The notes beneath the pieces were generated by a model that worked only from the letters and a program-made list of their open reading frames with translations, did not search any database and was not told the origin of the DNA. From positions 299,302 to 363,301 of the forward strand of contig JBAZJZ010000001.1 of NCBI GenBank assembly GCA_041650995.1: a DNA stretch of 64,000 bases. Direction: 5' to 3'. Shown piece by piece: positions 57,143-64,000 of the stretch. Within the stretch, counting starts at the first letter, position 1. Each line of letters begins with the position of its first letter. The DNA comes from Patescibacteria group bacterium (lineage in GTDB: Bacteria; Patescibacteriota; Patescibacteriia; XYB2-FULL-38-15). The position numbers were made by a program, and so were the translations under genes.

Positions 57143-57628
57143 AAATTTACCCCTCCCCTTAAGAATTGACTACTCTTCCCCTCCTCCCTGAGGAGGGGTT
57201 GGGGGTGGTGCGTAATTTTTGCAAAATTATTGCCAAAGCATTATCTAAACTATCTCTCACATCGTTGTCTGTAAAACGCACAACTCTTATGCCAGCCCTT
57301 TCAATAAATTCTTGTTTTACGCGGTCGTGTTCCGCAGCTCCAATTTGATAATGACTATCACCATCAATTTCCACCGCGAGTTTAGCTTCCGGACAATAGA
57401 AATCGACAACATACGGCCCTATTCCTTGCTGCCGGCGAAATTTGTAGCCGCCCAGATTATTCCCACATAAATAATGCCAAATTATTTTTTCAGAACACGT
57501 GGGACGGTTGCGAAGATTTCGACGCGTTAACTTTTGTGATTTGCGGTTAAATAGTTTGATCATAACCACCCCTTGATCCCCTCCTTGGAAAGGAGGGGAA
57601 ACTACAACCTTAAGAGGGGGAAATTTAC
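57143..57628. mobile_element. small element with imperfect terminal inverted repeats plus subterminal cccctcc...ggagggg hairpins at both ends, carrying a DUF559 nuclease gene
   Basis: Left aaatttacccctccccttaag and right cttaagagggggaaattt; hairpins at 57177-57198 and 57578-57599. Confidence 0.5.
57159..57569 (-). CDS. DUF559 (Vsr/PD-(D/E)xK-like) endonuclease domain protein
   Basis: RRQQGIGPYVVDFYCPEAKLAVEIDGDSH...RVVRFTDNDV pattern. Confidence 0.7.
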   Translation of the reverse strand: MVMIKLFNRKSQKLTRRNLRNRPTCSEKIIWHYLCGNNLGGYKFRRQQGIGPYVVDFYCPEAKLAVEIDGDSHYQIGAAEHDRVKQEFIERAGIRVVRFTDNDVRDSLDNALAIILQKLRTTPNPSSGRRGRVVNS

Positions 57629-58713
57629 TCCCCTATTTTATGCTCGTTCCGACGGCCTTTTATCAAAACAACTGTCCAGGCTACGCCCAAAATTCCCAAA
57701 ACTACCAAAGCAAAAACTTTGCCCCCAGATTTTAAAATCAAAGTTGAAGTGCCAAAAGCCAAAGTCACAAAATACAGTGAAAGCACGGCCTGGCGCTGGG
57801 TCATCCCGGCGCGAAGCAGGCGAAAATGCAGATGTTTTTGGTCAGCCAAAACCAAACTTTTCGGCCGGCTCCAAAGTCGCCGTAAAATGACAATCGCGGC
57901 ATCCAAAATCGGCAAACCCATAATCAAAAGTGTGGTCGCGATTTTACCGCCGGCAATGATGGATAAAACCCCTAAAATAAATCCTGTAAACAGGCTTCCG
58001 CCCTCGCCCAAAAAAATCTTCGCCGGATTAAAATTCCAAACTAAAAATCCGGCGCAAGCTCCGGCAAAAATTATCGCGAGCATCGCTGTCCCCGGCTGGG
58101 CGACTTCGGCCATTAAACTGACGAAAAAAATTATTATTGCGCCGATGGTTGAAACTCCGGAAACCAAACCGTCCAAGCCGTCCAAAAATTTTGTCGTGTA
58201 CATCATTCCCATCAACCAAATAAAAGTGAAAAGATCGGCGAGGATTGTAATTTTATAAGGAATACCATCCCACCAAAAAATAATTTTCTGCCAGGAATCA
58301 AGATGTAATAGTCCGCCGAAAGGGTTGGTGATCTGGCTAATTCCCACGCCGCCTATAATTACAGCAATCACCGCCGCAATCGGCCAGATGATTTGATATT
58401 TTGGCGCCAATTTATATTTGTCATCCAAAAATCCGCCAATCATCAAAAGCGCGCCGCCCAAAAACACGCCAATTAAATTTTTCGCAAAAATTTCCGTACC
58501 TAAAACTTTGTCGGAGAAAAAAATATAATAAACTAAAACTCCGAAAAAAGATAAAAAAATCGCCAACCCGCCCAGAAGCGGCATTGGCTTTTTATGAATT
58601 TTTCTTGTTTCATTCGGCTCGTCAACCACGCGCCACTTCAAAGCCAACCGGCGGACAAGCCCGGTCAAAAAAACCGCCAACAAAAAAGTGACGATGAATG
58701 AAGTAAAATACAT
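57625..58713 (-). CDS. glycosyltransferase family 4 polyprenyl-phosphate sugar-1-phosphate transferase (MraY/WecA-like)
   Basis: PLLGGLAIF, LDDKYKL, DGLDGLVSG, FLGEGGS motifs; 10-11 TM helices. Confidence 0.75.
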   Translation of the reverse strand: MYFTSFIVTFLLAVFLTGLVRRLALKWRVVDEPNETRKIHKKPMPLLGGLAIFLSFFGVLVYYIFFSDKVLGTEIFAKNLIGVFLGGALLMIGGFLDDKYKLAPKYQIIWPIAAVIAVIIGGVGISQITNPFGGLLHLDSWQKIIFWWDGIPYKITILADLFTFIWLMGMMYTTKFLDGLDGLVSGVSTIGAIIIFFVSLMAEVAQPGTAMLAIIFAGACAGFLVWNFNPAKIFLGEGGSLFTGFILGVLSIIAGGKIATTLLIMGLPILDAAIVILRRLWSRPKSLVLADQKHLHFRLLRAGMTQRQAVLSLYFVTLAFGTSTLILKSGGKVFALVVLGILGVAWTVVLIKGRRNEHKIGE

Positions 58714-58724
58714 GGCATTTCATT

Positions 58725-61490
58725 TTATAATTCTCTCGCCTTCTCGATTTTAAAATTCCCACCGACTTCAAAAATAATTTTGTCCCGTCGGCCGACTTGT
58801 TTTGTTAAAAGCAAATTTGCCAAACCATCTTCCACTTTTTCCTGAATTACGCGGCGAAGAGGCCTCGCGCCAAAAACCGGGTCAAAGCCGGCTTTGGCGA
58901 GTTCGCGAACCGCTTCGGGTGTCGCCTCAAAAATAATTCCATGCTTATTTTCCAATTGTTTGCTAATTTTGTCAAGCATCAGACCTGCGATTGTTTCAAT
59001 CTCATTTTCCGCGAGAGGTTTATAAACAATTACCCCGTCAAAACGATTCAAAAATTCCGGACGAAAATACGGTTTTAGCTCCGTGTTTATCAGGCGATCT
59101 TTAATCGCTTCAATTGATAATCCGCCCCTGATCCCCTCCTGAATCGCCGGTGAGCCGGCGTTTGAAGTCGCGATTAAAATTACGCTCGTAAAATCAATTG
59201 TTCTTCCCTGATTATCAGTCAAGCGGCCGTCATCCATTACTTGTAAAAAAACATTTAAAATATCTGGGTGGGCTTTTTCAATTTCATCCAGGAGCAACAA
59301 AGTAAAAGGACTTTTCCGAACTGCTTCAGTTAAAAATCCTGATGAATCCCCTGCCGGCGCGCCGATTAATTTATAAATACTCGCCTGATCCTGATATTCT
59401 GACATATCAAGGCGAATCATATTTTCTTCGCTGCCAAAATAAACTTCTGCCACGGTTTTCGCGGTTTCAGTTTTACCAACGCCAGTCGGCCCCAAAAATA
59501 AGAAATTGGCAATCGGCCGTTTGCCTTCGCGAAGTTCGGCCCGAGAACGCCGCAGCGCCGCGGCCACCATTTTCACGGCTTCATCCTGGCCGATAACGCG
59601 ACGATGCATCACTTCTTCCAGCCGCAAAAGTTTTTCGGTTTCGCCTTCGGTCACGGCCGTTACCGGAATTTTCGTTTTCTGCGCCACAACTTCGGCTACA
59701 TCTTCGCCGGCGACCACCGCGCCTTCGCCTTTTTTACTCCGCGTATAGTGCGCCGACTCGCGCAAAATTTCTATGGCCTTTTCCGGCAAAAATCTTTCAT
59801 GCAAATACCTGTCGGACAAAGTCACGGCCTTTTCCAGAGCGTCGTAAGAAAAAAATACTTTGTTTTGATATTCCACGCCGCCAACTTTTGCTTCCAAAAT
59901 TTGGATCGCTTCATTTATTTCCGGCTCGCGGACTTCAACTTTTTGCAAAACATTGCCCAAAGGCGAACCTTCAACATGCCTGCTCCAATTCATCGGCGTG
60001 GCCGTTGCCAAAACAAAGAAATAACCCTTGGCAAGTTCATCCGCCAAAACGCGAGAAAGATCAACGCTTTCCTCCGCCCCCGCGGTTATGCCGATTAATC
60101 CTTCAATGTCTTGGATATAAAGAACAATATTTCCGGCGCGGGCAATTTCATTACAAATAATCAAAAGCCGTTCCTGGGCATCGGCTGGAGACGCACCTGC
60201 CACAAGTTGACCAATATTTAAACTGATCAATCTTTTATCCTGTAAAATTTTTGGCACATCTTCTTCAAGCATTCTTTCGGCAATGCCTTCAATAATTGTA
60301 TTTTTCCCGACGCCGGGATGACCGATTAAAATTACGCTCTGGTGTCCGCCTTCAATAATTCTCATTATTTCTTCTGCTTCTTTTTCGCGGTCAATACAGG
60401 GCGCGAGATACGCAAACTTCGCCATTAAAGTCAGATCTCGGCTGAATTGATCCAAATACGGCGTGGCCATGGCCGTCATCGCGCGAGACATTGTTCCGCC
60501 CGGGCGAAGCCGCGCCAAGGCGCGCGCCTGTTTCCATTTCTTCCGCAAAAGTTCGGAAATTTTCAGCCACTCCACCACGTTTCTAAGTTTCGCTAAATCA
60601 ACTTCCATGGAATACAAAACTTCTTGGATTAATTCTTCTGATTCGGCCGACGCTAAAATAAGTTCGGCAATATCAATTTGTTCGCGGCGCGCGGCGTATG
60701 CTTTAAAATATGATTCAAAAAATACTAAAATCCCTGCCGAAGAAAGCGCGGGTTCTCCTCGTTCCGGCAAATTTACGGGAAGCGCACCTAATTGTTTAAT
60801 AATTTTTTCCTGTAAAATTTTTAAATTAATGCCAAGCCGCCCGAAAACCACAGCCGATTTTCCGGAAAAAAGAAGCGCGCCAAAAATATGGAGCGGCAAA
60901 ACTTCCGCGTGGCCAAATTTCAAGGCCGCTTTCCAAGCGTCAACGAGCGCGTGCTCGGCCTCCTGGCTCAAAGTTTTGGCCACATTTATTTTTTCTTTTG
61001 CCGGCAACTGCCGAACAGCCGCCCAGTCGGTGATTTCCCCAACCGGCGCCGTTTTTATTCTTTCATCCACTTTTTCCGAATATTCCCGCTTTTCCACTTT
61101 TCCCGTTAATGCCCGCTCCAAAGAAAACTGGTAAACTAAATAAAAATCACCGACAAGAGATAATAAAAATAAAATTACTTCCAGCCGCCCGGAAATCCAA
61201 AAAGTAGTGTCAAAAATTGAAATAAAACCGACTTCCCAAATTCGCCAGCCTAAAAATAAAATAGCGCCCAAGCCAAAAATCAAGGTAGCTCCGGCGAGGA
61301 CAACTTTCAAAAATTTTTCTATCTTTTTTCTTTGCAGTTCGCGCTTGGTAATTATTTTATTCCAATACAAAAATCTGCTATTTCGCCAAAGGCCCGCCCC
61401 AAATCCCTGGCAAGCCAGACATTTTCCGGCTCCCACTTTTCCGCTGCCATTGCAGGCGGGGCAAATTAAAATATTTTGGTTAGGCGTCAT
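58725..61490 (-). CDS. Clp/Hsp100-type AAA+ ATPase with N-terminal zinc ribbon and two TM helices
   Basis: Two AAA modules (GHPGVGKNT; GPTGVGKTE...LLLDEIEKAHPD); CPACNGSGK...CLACQG ribbon. Confidence 0.85.
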   Translation of the reverse strand: MTPNQNILICPACNGSGKVGAGKCLACQGFGAGLWRNSRFLYWNKIITKRELQRKKIEKFLKVVLAGATLIFGLGAILFLGWRIWEVGFISIFDTTFWISGRLEVILFLLSLVGDFYLVYQFSLERALTGKVEKREYSEKVDERIKTAPVGEITDWAAVRQLPAKEKINVAKTLSQEAEHALVDAWKAALKFGHAEVLPLHIFGALLFSGKSAVVFGRLGINLKILQEKIIKQLGALPVNLPERGEPALSSAGILVFFESYFKAYAARREQIDIAELILASAESEELIQEVLYSMEVDLAKLRNVVEWLKISELLRKKWKQARALARLRPGGTMSRAMTAMATPYLDQFSRDLTLMAKFAYLAPCIDREKEAEEIMRIIEGGHQSVILIGHPGVGKNTIIEGIAERMLEEDVPKILQDKRLISLNIGQLVAGASPADAQERLLIICNEIARAGNIVLYIQDIEGLIGITAGAEESVDLSRVLADELAKGYFFVLATATPMNWSRHVEGSPLGNVLQKVEVREPEINEAIQILEAKVGGVEYQNKVFFSYDALEKAVTLSDRYLHERFLPEKAIEILRESAHYTRSKKGEGAVVAGEDVAEVVAQKTKIPVTAVTEGETEKLLRLEEVMHRRVIGQDEAVKMVAAALRRSRAELREGKRPIANFLFLGPTGVGKTETAKTVAEVYFGSEENMIRLDMSEYQDQASIYKLIGAPAGDSSGFLTEAVRKSPFTLLLLDEIEKAHPDILNVFLQVMDDGRLTDNQGRTIDFTSVILIATSNAGSPAIQEGIRGGLSIEAIKDRLINTELKPYFRPEFLNRFDGVIVYKPLAENEIETIAGLMLDKISKQLENKHGIIFEATPEAVRELAKAGFDPVFGARPLRRVIQEKVEDGLANLLLTKQVGRRDKIIFEVGGNFKIEKAREL

Positions 61491-61494
61491 AAAA

Positions 61495-61863
61495 TTATCC
61501 TGCCAAATTTAAAATAATTCCTAAAACTACGAAGAGCGGTAGAACAATCCAAACAAAAAAGACCAAGATCATAATCATGGTCCATAAAAACAAAACCAGC
61601 GTCCGGCCGATTATCTGAAAAATTCTCATGAAAAAACTGATAAGCACTCCGGCAATATCATGCTGGCCAAACATCGGTTTGAAAATATTTACCGCCCAGA
61701 CTTTGACGCCAAGGCGGACTTCCATATTCTTTATTCTCTGCCAGGAAAAATTCGCCGCCATCGCAAGCCCCTTCGTATACCACCAAATTGGGAAATACAA
61801 AATTTCCCGGATAATATCCAGAAACACGTCTCGTATGAGACCGCTTGTCACCTTTTGAACCAT
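61495..61863 (-). CDS. small polytopic membrane protein
   Basis: ORF track. Confidence 0.45.
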   Translation of the reverse strand: MVQKVTSGLIRDVFLDIIREILYFPIWWYTKGLAMAANFSWQRIKNMEVRLGVKVWAVNIFKPMFGQHDIAGVLISFFMRIFQIIGRTLVLFLWTMIMILVFFVWIVLPLFVVLGIILNLAG

Positions 61864-62050
61864 ACCCCGTAGTAGAACTTCGACTCGCGAATAAGTCTCG
61901 GCTCCTCTATATTTTATTTATTTACGCTCCGCGATGAACTTTGACACATAATTTTGCTAACATTATTCGCTAAAGGCGAATTGTCGAAGTTTCACTACGG
62001 GGCATATTTAATTATTTTAGCACAAAAAACGTTTTTAGAGAAACCCCAAG

Positions 62051-63770
<1,720 letters not shown>

Positions 63771-63771
63771 A

Positions 63772-63996
63772 TTATATTTTTATTTCTCCTTGTTTTACTT
63801 TTTCAAAAAACTTTTTAGTGCCGGGATATAATTTTAATTCAAGCGCCTCGTCCGGCGTCACCCATTTAAACTCAGACGCTTCGCTTTCATCAATTTTTAA
63901 ATCGCCGCCAATTATTTCAGCCAGCCAGAACGAAACTGTTTTAACTTTTGTATCTGCTTTTGTTGTCCAAAGTTTTTTAATTGGCTTAACTTTCAA
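63772..63996 (-). CDS. hypothetical protein, possibly C-terminal part of a NUDIX-like hydrolase; may extend past the window edge
   Basis: ORF track; start Met is 4 nt from the window end. Confidence 0.3.
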   Translation of the reverse strand: MKVKPIKKLWTTKADTKVKTVSFWLAEIIGGDLKIDESEASEFKWVTPDEALELKLYPGTKKFFEKVKQGEIKI

Positions 63997-64000
63997 ACCG

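Overview
The window reads as a low-GC, gene-dense bacterial chromosome segment. The small genes, the very basic RpoD N-terminus and the housekeeping repertoire look like a Patescibacteria/CPR-type genome, though this is a compositional impression only. Core genes are largely syntenic housekeeping: rpoD-dnaG, alpha-glucan phosphorylase, deoC, tsaC, a MacAB/HlyD-like export system, tRNA-Ser, a Dsb/CcdA/thioredoxin/Lgt envelope cluster, secDF, secA, pdaD, hpf, murB, murC, an Elp3-like protein, glyA, folD, dnaB, recR, rplU, a MraY/WecA-like protein, a Clp-type ATPase and tgt. Five accessory features interrupt this backbone. (1) The first ~12.5 kb is an integrated island at tRNA-Asn. It is bounded by a duplicated tRNA 3' end and a large serine recombinase. 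It carries a BglII-family restriction-modification pair whose methyltransferase is fused to a complete LexA (HTH plus S24 autopeptidase) module. It also carries an operon of a 1261-aa uncharacterised protein with two small membrane proteins, a SpoVG homologue and several unknown ORFs. (2) A ~3 kb visibly GC-rich segment (53.9-56.8 kb) encodes small secreted/membrane Cys-rich proteins. Its intergenic leaders form three homologous ~260-300 bp units, each with an intrinsic-terminator-like hairpin. The segment ends at a tRNA-like element and a strongly promoted small-RNA candidate. (3) A family of small elements with TGTCATT-type terminal inverted repeats is present, one of which carries a GIY-YIG nuclease gene. 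A separate element carrying a DUF559 nuclease gene also has inverted-repeat ends. (4) Isolated GC-rich small membrane/lipoprotein genes sit in front of housekeeping genes, two of them behind a shared 29-bp promoter-like motif. (5) There is a 2 x 104 bp tandem array of tetraloop hairpins, a tRNA-Ser att-site scar, and a SecD with two inserted parvulin PPIase domains. No rRNA or CRISPR array was seen.
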